A stretch of DNA of 64,000 nucleotides from Takakia lepidozioides (GCA_030704615.1 CM060733.1:930001-994000); one strand, 5' to 3'. Numbered from the stretch's first letter, positions 14,801 to 28,694 are shown. Translations and numbers: made by a program. The notes: generated by a model not told the origin, from the letters alone.

Positions 14801-17193
14801 CACAGGAAAAGACACCTCCCTCAAAGTTGACCTCTCCAGGAAAATCCAGCTGCCCACAATGCATGCCTTCCTGCTGCCGCCCACAAAAACATTTTGCAAT
14901 GACAAGCACATCACAGGAGCCACATGCACCCTCATGGCATATCTGGTTGCACATGTGGCGACCACAATTGAGCCGCCGTTCACAAGGCTGCCCACAACTG
15001 CCTCCCACCTTCTCTTGCTCTGAGCATCGCTGAGTACAGATAGACTTCCCACAGGGGCAAGGCTGAGGAAGTGTTCGAGCTGTACAGGGAGGGCATGGAC
15101 CTGGGTGACACTGCATTGTGCAATGATGTTTGCAACGTCCAGCTTTTCCTCGATCTAGTGCTTTCTGACAAGACCCCCCACAACTGTGGGGTGTAAGATA
15201 ATAATCTAGAGGAGGGTCCTCCAACTGCCCACAGAAGCAATGATACCTGAGATCATTTGCACTGATCAACTGAACAGCCTGGCAACCGGGGCAGCGCCAG
15301 TTTCCTTCAAATGCATGCCCAGATGCTGAAACTGAGAGATCTGCCGAAGAAGGAGCCTTTGCCCATTTCCGAATACAGGGCAAATGGAAGATGGAGTAAC
15401 AGCTAGCACATGACCACACTGGAGCACCTCGCCCAACCATATCGTAGCATATCATGCACTCCACTTTCCCTCGAGTGAGCTTGTCTTCTAGCTCTTGAAC
15501 CAGCTGCGGTACGTTCAATTTCTCACCAGGTTGTCTCCAAAGCCGTGAGTCGGTGGTCTTCCTATCTATACGGGAACTTGCAGCCGTGTATCTTCTTGTT
15601 TCTGGTTCTACACCGTCTGATTGATGTCTACTAACTCTTGTAACTCCATCGGGGTTCCCTGTCAAATCCCTGTTACTTGCACGAATATTGTGTCTCCAGT
15701 TCCCACTGTCTGCCGCTCCTCTGAAGCGTCCCCCAGTTCTCCCTCTGGCATTGGTGGCCCAAATTCTTCTATCCTCTTGTCTCTCTCTGCTATTCCCTTC
15801 ATGTACCTCTGGCATGTGGTATGCAGACACACTATTTTGGTCTGGTACCTCTACTCTAAAGTCTCCACTAATAAAATTCCCCGGTGCATCTCTTCGATTT
15901 GGCACATGTTGCAAACCATCTCTGCTTAATCCTGACTCTCCTGACCTATCTTGTTCCCTTCGCTCAAACTCTCCCTCACTTCCATCCCAACCTCCTTGTC
16001 TATTGGATTCTTCACGTCCACTTGGTATATCTCGAGCTATTACATCTCTCCTGTGTGGAGCATCCCTTCCTCTGCCTGAGCCTTGAAAACCTCCTCGCCG
16101 GCCAGGCCTTCTGTGTCCTTCCGACACATAGCCTCGTCGTGGATCATAGGAAGTAGAGTCAACACTCCAGTTACTGTTGACGGACGCACCCTCTCTCACA
16201 GGCTCTGGGCGGTCCAAAACATAAGGGGGATGGGAGGAAGGCTGCATCATCCAACAAATTGCATGCTCATCAGGAGTATACAAGACCCCCTGCATTGCAA
16301 TTCATTACTACACCTAATCCAGATGCATTACTTCACCATTTTCATGAACACATTTTTACTGAGGAGGAAATTATTCCCACCACAATGCACAACAGTTTCA
16401 CTGTTGTACGCTTTCAAATCCCTTTCCAGATTCAAGCCAGTTTCAAAACCCAGGCACTTGATTAGTAAATGGAACAGTTCTTACCACGCATAATTTTTCT
16501 TCTGACCTGGACATAAACTAGTCAAGTTTCACCTCAACTAGGAACTAGACTGCACTCAATTCTTCCTTAAAGAGCAACCATTTCAACAAATTTACCCTAT
16601 CCCATTCATGGTGTGGCGGGGTGGAGCAGAGTTAGGATGGGGAACTGACAACCAAGTCATAACAACTCAAACTATTAAGCCTAAAACTAGTCCCTTAGAG
16701 TTGCAGCGAGTCAGTTGAAATCCAAGCATGGCTGAGGCGTTTCTGAAACGTTATGAGTCATCTTACAATAATGTTGAAAGATGACATCTCTTTCAGAAGC
16801 ATTAGGGTTGCGACTATGGAATGCAAATGCTTGTCTTTACTATACTACTGCCACGGTGCGCCAGTCCTACAATTTGAAGCCTGTCGGCTGTGCTTTTGAA
16901 GGTTGGCTATGACATACCCTTGAGGGGACAGTGCCGGCAGGATAGTCAGAACTTCTGGACAGAGTATGAAGCTCGGATCTCCGAATTCTCATGGCCCTCA
17001 CAGACAACCCCTGTGTATCGGCTTCCTGGGAATATAGTGGTGATTGGAGGCACCTTGACACCAAACTCACTAAAATGAAGTTGACAACATGAACGCGACC
17101 ATAGACCTCTCTTTTGACGATTTAGTCGCACAGGTGGCTATGGTGCAGTGATGAACTGCATAATAAATGCTACGTGTGGGTGTGGGTGAGGGG

Positions 17194-17225
<32 letters not shown>

Positions 17226-17534
17226 TACCTCTGCTGGCAGGAACCTATCGCGATTATGGGAATCCATAGCTCCTGTGGTAGTCCCCTGTCGCTCTACGCC
17301 CCGGCCCCAAGAAGCGTCCACAAACCTTCCTCTTCTTCCATTACTCGAAGATAGCGTGCCTTCTCCGCCATACCTACGATCGGACGGCCTATCCACGTAA
17401 CCATGCGTAGAATTGCTACTACTGGAAGGTAGAGAATCTATGTTGTTATCATTAAAAGAAATGTGCCTCTCTTGGTAAGTTTCCATACGAATTGATCCAG
17501 AAGAGTTTGTAGTGTTCTCTCTAGAACCGGACAT
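11827..17534 (-). CDS. NFXL1: NF-X1-type zinc finger protein (NFXL1-like); predicted exons 17534-17229, 16241-14323, 14064-13797, 13551-11827 (~1405 aa)
   Basis: RING/PHD-like CMICYDMV...WSCASCYSIFHLPCIRKW, many NF-X1 CGxHxC...CHxGxCxxC repeats, an R3H-like region and the plant-type RFGGECELVWLNDKNALA motif. Exon lengths sum to 4218 nt (in frame). The first exon and the exon-2 acceptor are less certain. Confidence 0.92.
17193..17218. repeat. (GA)n microsatellite in NFXL1 intron 1
   Basis: Direct reading. Confidence 0.9.
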
Positions 17535-19168
17535 CAACGGAGGATGGATGTCAAGTATTGAAAACGGTGCTTCCAATCAGACTATACCAAGAAAGTCCTA
17601 TGCAGAGAGACGAGTCGAAGTTAAAGAATGACCAGCAGGAACCACCGGAAACAGCGTAGGAAGATAAATTCAAGAGAACTCAACGTTCGGCTATGCCTCA
17701 GGGCAAGAGAGAAAAGAATCCTCGAGCCCCAGGCCCGAATGAGAGGGATCCTACAGAACCTGAGAGACGAAGGAAATCCACAACACCTTGGAAAAGAAAC
17801 GTAAGACTCAGTAAAAGAGAGAAGATGATGTCTTCGGGACAAGAATCCTCGAGGATCCAATAAGAGGAATCCTACAGCAATGGAACCGACACAGAGAGGA
17901 GAACCAAGGAGCGAGAGAGGATAAACCAGGCCAAGGAAGTCCAGGTGATCAGAATATGGAAAAATAAATAAAGGATAGAGAAGTGAGAAAAGAAGAGAGG
18001 GGGAAAGAGGGATAAGAAGGAAATACAGACTTGCGTAGCACGGTGTTGAAGAAACCAAGAAACAGCCAAGAGCGCAGAGAGGGAAGGTGCGAGACGACTG
18101 ATTCACATTGTTGAACTTATTTGAACTATTTTCCAAGGGATTTGCAATGAACAATTAATATTTAAAAACTTAAATATGGCCTAATAAGTTAGGACTGAGT
18201 AGGACTTAGTAGGACCGCACTAGGTATCAGAATAATATTTACGGTCATCGAGCGATTTGCCGGAGGTTATTTTTTCCTCCCTTTGTTCCCCCCTTTAAAT
18301 GATACATTTCCAGAGCCTCTGTCCATTGTATTGTTTCAAAGCAAAAATTAAAAGTCGGATACTATGTACCCCAATTCATTTGAGGAGTTTGGGAAGGTGA
18401 GGCAACCCGACACCTTGGGAAGAGCCAATCTGTGGGACCGCGGGAGGCTTGGAGAGGAGGGAAGTGGCTCCACAGGATGTAGACAGATAACTTAGTGGGA
18501 TACGTACCGTGCACTTCATTGGACACATTAGCTCTAATTAGGGTTTGACCATTCTCAACTGGAAACTAGCCCAACCATTGGAAAATAGAATATATATATA
18601 ACCGTACTTTTGCAAAAGAATGATGGAGATTTTTTTTTCAAATTTTATTAAAACAAAATAAATATATGATTGGATTTTTGCAAAAGCACGGTGGAGAAAA
18701 GTAGCCGAGGATTTGAAGAGGGGGGAGGATTTAAGCACATCAGGGCTCTGACCTAATGGTTTGGCACCTTTGCTCATCCTTTGGCAATGACCTTGTGGGG
18801 TTCAACCCCCTGTGCTTTCGTTTGCCTTCGGATTGGGGCTCTACCTACCCCTATATGCCTTAAGGCTCATGAGGGGGTTAGTTTTCCCTAGCCTCAAGGA
18901 CCATCGCTCATATTTTCTTCATTAAAAAATATATATTAATGAAAATTATGCCCAAGCAAGAACCCACAGGTATATGTAAAACAATAGGGATAATGTAAGA
19001 ACTTAATGCACGTGTGTACTCTGACCCTACTTTTGCAGGATTCAGGCATCATCAATCCCCCCCATTGGGCCCGTTGTCAAATCCTCCCCACCCACTCTTA
19101 CCTTGAGTTCGCTATTGAATATTTTAGAATACTGGACATTGTCCAACAATGGTGAATAGCCTATTGTA

Positions 19169-19450
19169 CTAGATAATGGGCTGGGATTGGCATATTATGC
19201 CGCCAAGTGAGCAGTCAGGCGAGCCCGGTTGGCATAATATGCCAATCCCAACCCATTATCTCTGGCGTAAAGGATTTCGGGGGCAGATTATGAGGCCTGG
19301 ATTGGGCAGGCCATAATGAGCTGCTAAAAGTCAAACAGCCGATTATGAGAGTCAAACTACCAAGTATGAATGGCATAATGTGGAGCTTCCGCTTCTTAAT
19401 TTGCCTCAAAAAAGGCATAATCTGCCCCCAAAATCCTTTCCGGTAGTGTA
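19169..19450 (-). mobile_element. Small Helitron/Helentron-like non-autonomous element
   Basis: The minus strand ends in a 31-bp-stem hairpin (19171-19201/19231-19261) running into CTAG|T. An asymmetric inverted repeat pairs 19269-19292 with 19416-19439. Confidence 0.45.
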
Positions 19451-19600
19451 GGCGGCAAGGTATTGGGTCCAATTCTTGATGGGTAGCTAGTGTAACCTTG
19501 GGCTTGTATCTACAGGTACTGTCACTGGTGTCTTGTGTAACTCCCTTTTTTTCTTTTCTTTTTTAGGGGAAGTAGCCCTCAGTAAAACTCCTCTTAAGTA

Positions 19601-19671
19601 CTAGATAATGGCCACCGGGCGGACCCGGCGAGTGGCGGGGTCACGATCAGGGTCAACCGGTGGCCATTATC
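19601..19671 (-). mobile_element. Second Helitron-like 3' end (hairpin + CTAG)
   Basis: Perfect 15-bp stem GATAATGGCCACCGG (19604-19618)/CCGGTGGCCATTATC (19657-19671); shares GTACTAGATAATGG with the copy at 19166. Confidence 0.4.
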
Positions 19672-21899
19672 GAACGTAATTGGAATGGGGGGAGTATTAC
19701 TGGGGCTACAAACCCCAGATGTCGCTATCAGAGCTACGATAGCCAAAAATAACTTGCCACATGGTGCAATGTGGCAAACTCCCTTGACAAGTGAAGGGCC
19801 AAACCCTGCGAAACGTTGGGTGGCAGCTGTAATACGACCCCATGTCCAATTACGTACATTTCATACTTACCCAAATTTGGACTTAGTCAAATTTCGAGAC
19901 CAAGTGTGAATTACACCTAGTAGAGTTACACTCATTTCCATGTAACCTGGTGATAACCCCCAGTGGAATTACACGCCATACCATGTGTAACCAGGTGTAC
20001 GCTAGTAATCTGTACACTCCCTCCCTCTTGACCCGATGTCACACGGCCTACAGGAGATACTACGCTCCCTTCAGTTCATGTCACTCTCCAGAGGGGGTGG
20101 GGAAGATTTGATATGCCAAAATCCGGCATACTGTTCTGTCAGAGATGGCACGTATGCATTAAGTTCTTACATTATTCATAGTGTTTTCCGAGGATATAGG
20201 TGGATGCATGGGATATACTCAACACCGACAATTTGAAAAATCAATTTACCTGGATATAGGTGGGTACCAATCCGGATTGTTTGGGATACTAGGGGTGGGT
20301 ATCAGAAACATTTTATTTATTTATTTTCCTGCAAAAGGGCCGCACCCAAATAATTTATAAAGAAGGGACGGAAAAATAAAATGACCTGTGTAGTATAAAA
20401 AGTGACAGGTTGACACTTGGCCTGAGGAGTAGCACATTAGAGCCTGGGTGTAGAAGCACTGGTTTAGGTGATGCGGGAAAAATCACCACCAATTTATACA
20501 CATACATTTTGACAAACGGCTAGTCGCGTATGACTCCTCTTTGTAAATAGCAAGATCTACTTTCATCCATAATAAACTTTAAAATTCATCCATTTATTCT
20601 TCGTACAATGTTCAATAAGAAAGACGTTACTTGAGGGAGATGTTACTTGGATGCACTTCATGAAGTAGTTTGCAACAAAGGAGAGAAGGTGACACCTAGG
20701 GAAGGCACGACACGGACTTAGCGATTTTTGACACTGATGCGTAGTCTCTTCTTTAGAATAAAGAGGAGCCAATAAACTTGAGAAATTGCATGAAGACACA
20801 CCAACAATAATGTCGGAAACCTATTTGTAGCTATTGTAATGCATACTTAAAAGCCAATATAACAAATGTATTGTAATTTTATGATTTTAGATATTTTGAT
20901 TTTTATAAACTGTGGCATCTTCAAATATGCTTCCTTCTATCGCCTCATTGGCCACTTCTAGATACTATTTAAAGGTTTATTAAAAAATTATTTAATGCAC
21001 CAATATGCTAACCGAAGCTTCAATGATACTCCAATATTTAAACAAATTTTCATCAATAAAGATGAATGATGACTCATGTGTCAATATTCAGGAATGAAGT
21101 GATATATGAATTGCGTAATTACTAATTACATGGATATCGGGTATGTCATTTTATGTGTATGTGTACAATATGCAAATAGGCTCAGCTACTATATGTGTAT
21201 AATTTCTATGATAAACATAATTCTAACTACATATAGTCAATTTGGTAATCTTTAAAAGAACTTATAACTAAGTGTAAACTTACAAGCTTGGAAACATTTA
21301 AAATACCAAATTAAAACCCTCATGGTGCCACATATCAAATTATTATTATTAATATAATATCGTGACGGTCTGTAAACGAAGTGAAGAATAAACGTTGTTC
21401 AAGAGCCGGCGCTATCCGTCCCCCTTTTCAAGCTTCAGCTTCTCTTATTTGTCCACAACAGTTTAAGATTCATGTGTGGATTCATATATTTTACTTTATT
21501 TTTCAAGAAAAAAGGATTTCTCTTTCAAATTGGTTTGATTTCGATTTCGCATGAGCAATTACCCTTTGTGGGAATATTGCTACTTACCAACTGAATGTCC
21601 GTGGATATGGGTCTCGTATCTACGGGTTTAAGTGTTCAGTTGATGTCCTTCCATGACCTAGGCCCGAATCCAACACGACCCTAACAACCATGCAGACTCA
21701 AATCTGCTCACATAAGCGTGTGAATCTGCTCACAGGCTAAGGGCCAGGCCGCACCTGGGGGGTTAAGGAGCAAAAATGGTCTACTAGCCGCCAGATTTCG
21801 TTGAACAGGTGCGTACATAGCCGAGTGGTTACAACAAAGTAGGGACTCTGTCGGGGCTTGTCCGGCAAGCTTAACCGGAGGCGATAGCCCAAAACGGGG

Positions 21900-22200
21900 G
21901 GTAACAACTGTACGATTTGAGGTCCGTTTGGGAGAAACTTTGATAGATATGGATGCATGTCGGCGTTTTCAATTCCCGACGTTCGTTTGTTCCCCTGAAG
22001 CGCTTGTTCCCCACAAACTATTGTTTGAAATGTTTCTCCCATGAGTGCATCTGGAGATACGGTGGTGGAGACATGGTGGTGAGCTTGAAGCATTTACATC
22101 TTCACCAACTTGTGCCTCTAGGGCTTTATCTAACAGGTATTTCTTCAAGTATCATATTACCAAATGGTGAAATGTTATCACATTTGCGTTTCTTTTCACA
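21900..22200 (+). pseudogene. Possible highly degraded hAT transposase C-terminal dimerisation-domain fragment
   Basis: Frameshifted peptides IRWWRHGGELEAF...RALSN and GISSSII..NG loosely match the WW..HG...LQ..A.R.LS...SSS.CERNW pattern. Confidence 0.3.
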
Positions 22201-22839
22201 TGCAGTTTACTAGGGAAAGTTCGGGGCACACTACTGGCTGACAATCACATTTGCATTTCTTTTCATAGTGTTGGATTGCATGAGGTGCGCATTAAATGGC
22301 AGGTATGCTGATGTGCCCTTTTTGTCAGATGCATCCTACATGCAGATCCCATAGGACAGTGAAAGGAAAAAATTGAAATCTCCGGTCTAAATCTCATGTT
22401 GTCATCGCTTGCGCAAGCAGGGCACAAGCTGCCAGCATGCTCTAGATAGTTCCATCTACCAGTCTCTATCAGCAGATCAATGGCCACAAGGCTACGACAA
22501 ACAATCTCTTATGAGTACATTCTATCAGCAGGGTGTGTGGGCCTGCCCTGAACTATTATAGAACTGCAATTTGATTATGTGGTATGGAGGTCCTGAATAT
22601 GACGTTTCATCAGCTCCTGCATAATAATCTTGTTGCAGTCTTGTCCGGAGAAATATCCTGGATTTTGTGGCTTTAGAATGCAACTGACACTCTGTGTCAG
22701 TCAAAAATTGGGGACCTGCATACCAACAGGTCTTCATACCAGCTGCTTTGAGTCTCAATGATGTTGTAGGGCACAAACCAGTAGTCACCACTTGGGGGAG
22801 TACAAAGAGTGTTAGTCAAAGTCTGGTGTTGGGTTAGTA

Positions 22840-23230
22840 GTATGCAAACATATTCAGGCAGTCTTTCCCATCTCCAACCTGTCCGTAGCTGTATCTCAGG
22901 TACCAATAACATGTGTGACTTTGTAAAAGACTTCAATAATAACTATCTATCCAGGGATGAAATGCAGGAGGCTGACAAGAAAGCGTGGAGGAATAACATC
23001 CTCACTTTGGACAAGGAGCGTGAGGCCAAACTCCGATTGAAGGACAATGCCACATCAAACATGGAGGAACATCTGTACGAGCTGGAAGTCCAGAAAGCAC
23101 AGAACTTCCTAGGGAACATGACATCAGCTTAATTTGGTAATGATGGCTTCCTCCATGGAGTCTCTCACCAGGTGCACCAATACATCACAACCTCTATCAT
23201 ATTTACAATTATGTCTTTATGCTGCTGTAA
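22840..23230 (+). pseudogene. C-terminal part of PIF/Harbinger ORF2 (Myb/SANT-type partner), inferred from position
   Basis: Charged coiled-coil-like peptide (EADKKAWRNNILTLDKEREAKL) with an in-frame stop, lying tail-to-tail with the Harbinger transposase C-terminus. Confidence 0.4.
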
Positions 23231-23238
23231 TCTCTTGT

Positions 23239-23610
23239 CTATGTTGGTCCCGTAGTTGTGTGGGCTCTTCTACGATTAAACCTCGCATTTTGTACTCTCA
23301 CCAGATAATCCAGTATGTCCTCTCGGGCCATTCTGCCCTCAAGTAATTGTCTTTCCTCTATTATTGTAGCCATACCTCGTGGCATTGCTGGTGGTGCGGC
23401 ATGTGCCTCCACATTGCAGTCAGCCATTACTGTAGTAATTGGAGCCATTTGACACTCCACTAGAATTTCGTCCAAACTTTTATCCTTGCTAGCCAATAAT
23501 ATATTATGCAACATGCAACAACAATGTATAACCTGCGGTAGAAACTCCAGTGCCAATCCTGTCTTTGTTCCAATCTCCTTGAAACGGCCCTTAAGAATAC
23601 CAAAGGCTCT
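23239..23610 (-). pseudogene. PIF/Harbinger transposase C-terminal fragment
   Basis: AFGILKGRFKEIG...VIHCCCMLHNILL is the typical end of the Harbinger DDE_Tnp_4 domain. Confidence 0.8.
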
Positions 23611-24211
23611 TTCTTAAGGTTCAATATTTGGTAATTAGTAAGTTGAGATTGAGAATTTTGAAGTTTTAAATAGACTCCAAGATTCAATTTGGAAGGCAAA
23701 CGTTCTATCAAAGCCATCAAGACCAATGGCATAAAAAATATCTAGTACAATCCTTTCTCAAGATAGATTTCTACATGTTAAATGTTACTAAATAATAGGA
23801 AAAATAAGTGGCTAGTAATGAAGTGAGCGGAGAGTTGATGTGGCTCTCCTCCATTACTAGCTCTAGCACTAAAGTGGCTACCTAAACCCCTTGAATTTGA
23901 CCCAAAAAAATACCTTTTTAAACCTTCATTTTCTTTGTAGATGTAGCCACACTATGTTTTTTGAGGTCAAAACTTTCTGAATTTTGTCAAGGAAAAAAAT
24001 CACAAACCACATTAAATCACCTGCCTTGGCTCACCACCTGGTCAACACAACCCTTTAGATCATGGCCACCTGCAAATGCATGATGCTGGAAAAAGAGCTG
24101 GTGGTGGGCCCCTGCTAACACCTCCAACAAGTCCCCTAGTCCACAACACAACAATTGCCTTTAGATCACTACCCCAGCTCCTACAAATCTTGTCTCTATT
24201 ATTTTTTTTCC

Positions 24212-25299
24212 ATGGCAGATATGGTGCTGGCAGCCTTAAACATTACACTAATCGGCTCTAACAACATTGTAGTTGGTATGTCTCATGCTGACAGAAAAAG
24301 AAAAAGAGACTGTGATGAGGAGCAAGATCTTATGACGAGAGCTATATACAAATGGAATGAGGATGGTGGAATAGAAGGAGTGTATAAATCACAAAACAGT
24401 GTTGAATCTTATGGCTTGGCACTTGAACATATTGAACAATCTGTGGTATGTTAAGTTACCCATGTCAACTTGTTGGTTTGACACATTTCTATACGATGTG
24501 TATACCCAAGAACCGTGGTTTGATATTGTGAGGATGCGACGTAGGATATTTCAGAAACTCTATGATGACTTGCTGCCATATGTGCAAGGCTAGCACACAA
24601 AGTGGAGGGAGCCAATAAGCATTGAAAAGAAGGTAGTTTTCACCCTATGCAAAGTCATGCATGGCCATACTTGCACACTCGTTGCAAATAAAACAAGGAT
24701 TGGTCGATCTACAGTCTACGACATCATGAGGGAGGTAATCGCAATTTGTAATGTACTCAGGCACCTCATATCTTGGCCAACTGGCCGCAGGCTGGAAAAA
24801 AACACAAGAAACTTTGAGAAGAAGCAATGGCTCCCGAACTGTCTGGGGGCAGGGAGCCACATCTACATCCGTGCACCAAAAGATACAAAGGTTGCGGCTG
24901 ACCATAGGAACAGGAACAAGTTTTTCAGTGTCCTATTACAGGGAGTGGTTGACTCAAGGTGTTACTTCACGTCTATAAACACTAGGGTGCCCCGCAATAT
25001 ACACGACTCCTACCACCTGAAATGCTCAGAACTATATCGCAAAGTTGAGGAGGGCATCATATCTTGGTCTCAATATGGATCCAACATTGTACCATCCAGA
25101 CTTCCGTTTCCCCCTTACATTGTTGGTGACAAACGATACCCACTCCTCAAGTGGCTTATCACTCCATTTAGTAAACCAAGATGGTATGGGAAGACCTTTG
25201 AGCCTAGAGGAATTGTGGTTTGAACAATAGAAAGCACTCTAATGTGGAGCCTACAGGGATCCCACATCACAAGAAAAATGTCATATTCTATGGTCTCCC
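24212..25299 (+). pseudogene. PIF/Harbinger transposase pseudogene, 3'-truncated near the CACTA insertion
   Basis: VRMRRRIFQKLYDDL, IGRSTVYDI, LPNCLGAGSHIYI, FSVLLQGVVDS, HDS, YIVGDKRYPLLKWLITPF; in-frame stops and frameshifts. Confidence 0.88.
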
Positions 25300-25321
25300 C
25301 ACTACAGGAAAAGGGGGGGGG

Positions 25322-25990
25322 TAGTGACGCCGCGGAAATGGCGCAGCCACGCCGCGGCGTCACTAAATGTCGCCTTTGAGGCAGGGGCGCGGGCGCCCTT
25401 TTGCCACGCCCGGGCGTGGCACGACCGTCCCCGGGGCGTCATTAATCGGACGTCGCATAAATGCGACGGATGGGGTTTGCAAGCTGCTACCCCCCTCCAG
25501 TGACGCCCCGCCGTCGCTTCTTGGCTATCCAGGGCTTTGGGGGGGGGCCTCCTTGTAGCCACGCCCGGCCGTCGCTACCATCCCCGCGACGGCGTTGGTT
25601 AGGGCGACGGCTCGGCGCGACAACCAATATTTTTTATTTCCATGCCCGGACTAAAAAACACCACGTGGCGGAGGGGTGTTAGGCTCAGCCACCCAGTGGC
25701 GTCGCTGCCAGACACGCCACGGCGGCGCATGGGGAGACCCGTCGCCTCAGTGCAGTCGCCCAATGCGACTCCGAGGCATGGTTACTTGCGACGCCCGGGG
25801 GTGGCTGGGTGCTTTTTTTTACAAAAACAAACAGGTGGCGCTGGGGGGTCCGGCTTTGCCACTACGTTGCTGCTAGCCACGCCCGGCCGTGGCTAGTTGC
25901 GACCCCCATCCGTGGCAAGCCTAAAAAAACCCGTCGCAAGGGCGCTGGCCCAAGCGACGCCCTGGGATGGCAATGCGGGTGGGGGGTCAT
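25322..25990. repeat. Left subterminal repeat region (GC-rich palindromic GCCACGCCCGGCCGTGGC / GCGACG motifs)
   Basis: e.g. GCCACGCCCGGGCGTGGC ~25403, GCCACGCCCGGCCGTGGC ~25877. Confidence 0.8.
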
Positions 25991-26271
25991 TTTGGGGGGT
26001 GAATTGGGGGTGATTTAGGGTTTTTCCCTGGTTTCTTCTTGGGTGTTGGAAGACATTAGAGCTTCCATTGCTCTGATTTAACAGGTACTCAATTTTGTTT
26101 ATTGCATTGGTTCAAGCAAGCATGAATCGAGGATGAGGCCATGCGACACATGAGTAAGATGGAAGATGGAAATATATGTACAAATGGAAATATGTTTACA
26201 AGCAATGAGCTGAATTCTTTGCTCACAAGGGTTCAATAGACTGACCCTGGGACCAGCTACACGGATTAGGA

Positions 26272-28499
26272 CTACTCATCCTCATCCTCATCCTCATCCT
26301 CATCGTTAGAGGAGGAGTCGTAGCTATCCGATGAGCTGGATGACTCCGCGCCCTTCGCCTGAGCACATAAACCAGGCGGTGTTCCCCTAACTCCCACAGA
26401 GCTCTCATCCAATCCCTGGCCATGACACCCCCCCCCCCCAGCCATACTAGTGCCTTGTAGTGCACTCATCCCCTCCGTCTTGGCCATGTTGGTCATGAAG
26501 GATTGCCAACCAGGCGTAGTCGTACTCTACCGGAGATGACAACCTCTCAAACGTGGTTTCCTACACATGCCACAAATTAAAGTCAGTTTCTCATGATGAT
26601 GGAGCCAGAAAGAAGACATAACAAAATACATAGAGAAGTATGACTAACAAATCGGAAGATAAAACCCCTCGATCCGCCGGGGCCTCACTTGTGTGTGGAT
26701 TCGTGCTTCTCAAGGCGGATTGTTGTTGCTTTGTGTGCCCTCTGAAACTTATCCTTGTTTGCCGCATCATTCTCTCCCGCAATGAGCGCATCCCACGATA
26801 CCTATGCACCCCCTTCCCCCACAATTAGTGAATTACACACATACGTTGCATCGAATCCACCTCATTAATGCACATGCAAGAAATGGAAGGTGAAATGATT
26901 CAAGGATTTGCCAACCTGTGAAATTTCAAAAGGTGGTTTGGGTGTGACCCCCTTTTCCATTGCCCTCCGAATTCTTTGTCTGGCACGGTATCTCTTGTTC
27001 TTCAAGTTCTGCCCCACCATCTCCATCACCCTTGTCTCACTCCAATTGCTCGGAAACCGGCGGTCTAACTCACAGGCATACTTGCGCTTCTGGCCATAAT
27101 GCTAATCGCCCCACTCGATGTGCCAAGGGAACCACGCCGCTGTGAGTTCAAAAGCTGGCCCCCTCATAGCCGCCCAAAACGCACCGCACAGGTCACCATG
27201 CTTATTGACCTCCACCGGTGGCACAACGATCTTTGTCAAGGCCACCTCCTTTATCCCCCGGGATTTCTTCTTCTTCTTCCCATCCTCTTCCTTTGCAGGC
27301 TCCTTCCCCACCTCCTTTGTTACCCCACTGCCCTCCCCCGCACGCACACCCACCCCGTCGTCTCCATGGGACTTCTTCCTCTTCTTCTTTTCCTTCCCCT
27401 TCTCCACGACTACCTCCTTCCCCTTCCCCGCTACTTCCTCTCTCTCCTTCTCCCTCTTCCTCCTCTCTCTCTCCTCGGCAGCCCTTTCATTGATGGTAAA
27501 ATGGACCTCGGGAGGTCGAGGCCTCTTCTTCTTACCTTTGGTGTTCGGGTCCTTCATCAATCCCCCAAATTCAAAAAAAGAAACAAACAAGAAAGAAATA
27601 CATGCATGCAAAGGAAATGACAAAACATGGAATGGGCAAGGTGCGACGGTTGTACCTTTGCAAGCTTGTCCGACTCGGCCCCGGTATCACCCGATGTGGT
27701 AGGAGTCCCCGCTGCCGGAAGTCCCCGCGCTATCCCCTCCTGGAGCGCCGCTGGAAGTAGGTTCCAGATGTCGACCATAGCCGGCGGCGGCGCCCCGTAG
27801 TCCAGGCCCTTCTTTGCTGACCGCTCAGGCTGAGGGGGCGGCATCGCTGATCGGCTAGGCCGCTCCAAACCGGCCCGTAGCTCCTCCTTCCCCCCCCCTG
27901 AATGTGTAGCAGGGTAGAAGCCCTCACCCGACTTCATTAATTCGAGGTGCTTCGCTATCTCGGCCTCCTCATTGGCCCTCCTCATCAACTCCTCCCTCAT
28001 GATCAACATTGGGCTAGGAACCGCCAGTTCCCGAGGCCCTTCAACCTGACCTTGGGCCTTGGGCCTTGGCAAGTGCGGCCTTCGCTACGGAGGAAGGGGT
28101 CTGTATAGGGGTGACATCCAAAAGTTGCCCGAACCGGGCCCCCGAACGGGTGATGCCCTTTCCAAGGCATGTCTCACCCGTCTTGGTGGCCGGGGGTGTG
28201 CTCAACTGAGCATCCGGCCCAGCAACAACCTCCCGAATAGGAGAGGTGGCTGAGCCGGCCCCTGGCGAATCCAAGGCGCGGACAAGAGGGATGGGGGGGG
28301 TGGCCTCAGGGGGCAGAGGAGCCCTCCGGCTGCGGCTGTTGACAGGGCCGGTTAACCATGAGACGCCAGCCCACATCACACGTGCTGGCAGAGCAAACGG
28401 GTTCTCCGCCCCTTTCTTTAGGGCAGGGGACTTCTTCTCTTTCCCCATAAGCCTGGCACCTGTCATGCACCCCCAAAAGTTGGCCTCACCAGGAAACAA
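26272..28499 (-). pseudogene. Multi-exon CACTA second gene (TnpA/Ptta-like?), decayed
   Basis: Consecutive minus-strand ORF pieces: Pro/Ala-rich, then K/E-rich with NLS-like KKKR runs, then NLKNKRYRARQRIRRAMEKGVTPKPPFEIS, QQSALRSTNPHT and an acidic tail. It lies next to the left terminus; family assignment is weak. Confidence 0.45.
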
Positions 28500-28694
28500 T
28501 CTCTATATTCTAGATCCAAAAAAAAAAACAAAACATGTGGGGGGCTGAGAGCAGCAAGTGCTGCTGCTCTCAGCTCCGCCCCACCAGAGAGGGTGCAAGA
28601 AAAATAAAAATAAAATGTGGGGGGGGGGGGGGGGGTGACTGAGCAGCAACTGCTACTCAGTCACTCCCCCCCCACCATTTTTGTTTTTGTTTGC

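Noticed and set aside
12419-16493. Plus-strand ORFs overlapping NFXL1
   Set aside because: Antisense shadows of a long coding exon.
17621-18154. 177-aa hydrophobic ORF upstream of NFXL1
   Set aside because: CT-rich 5'UTR/promoter-type composition, non-ATG start, no recognisable domain.
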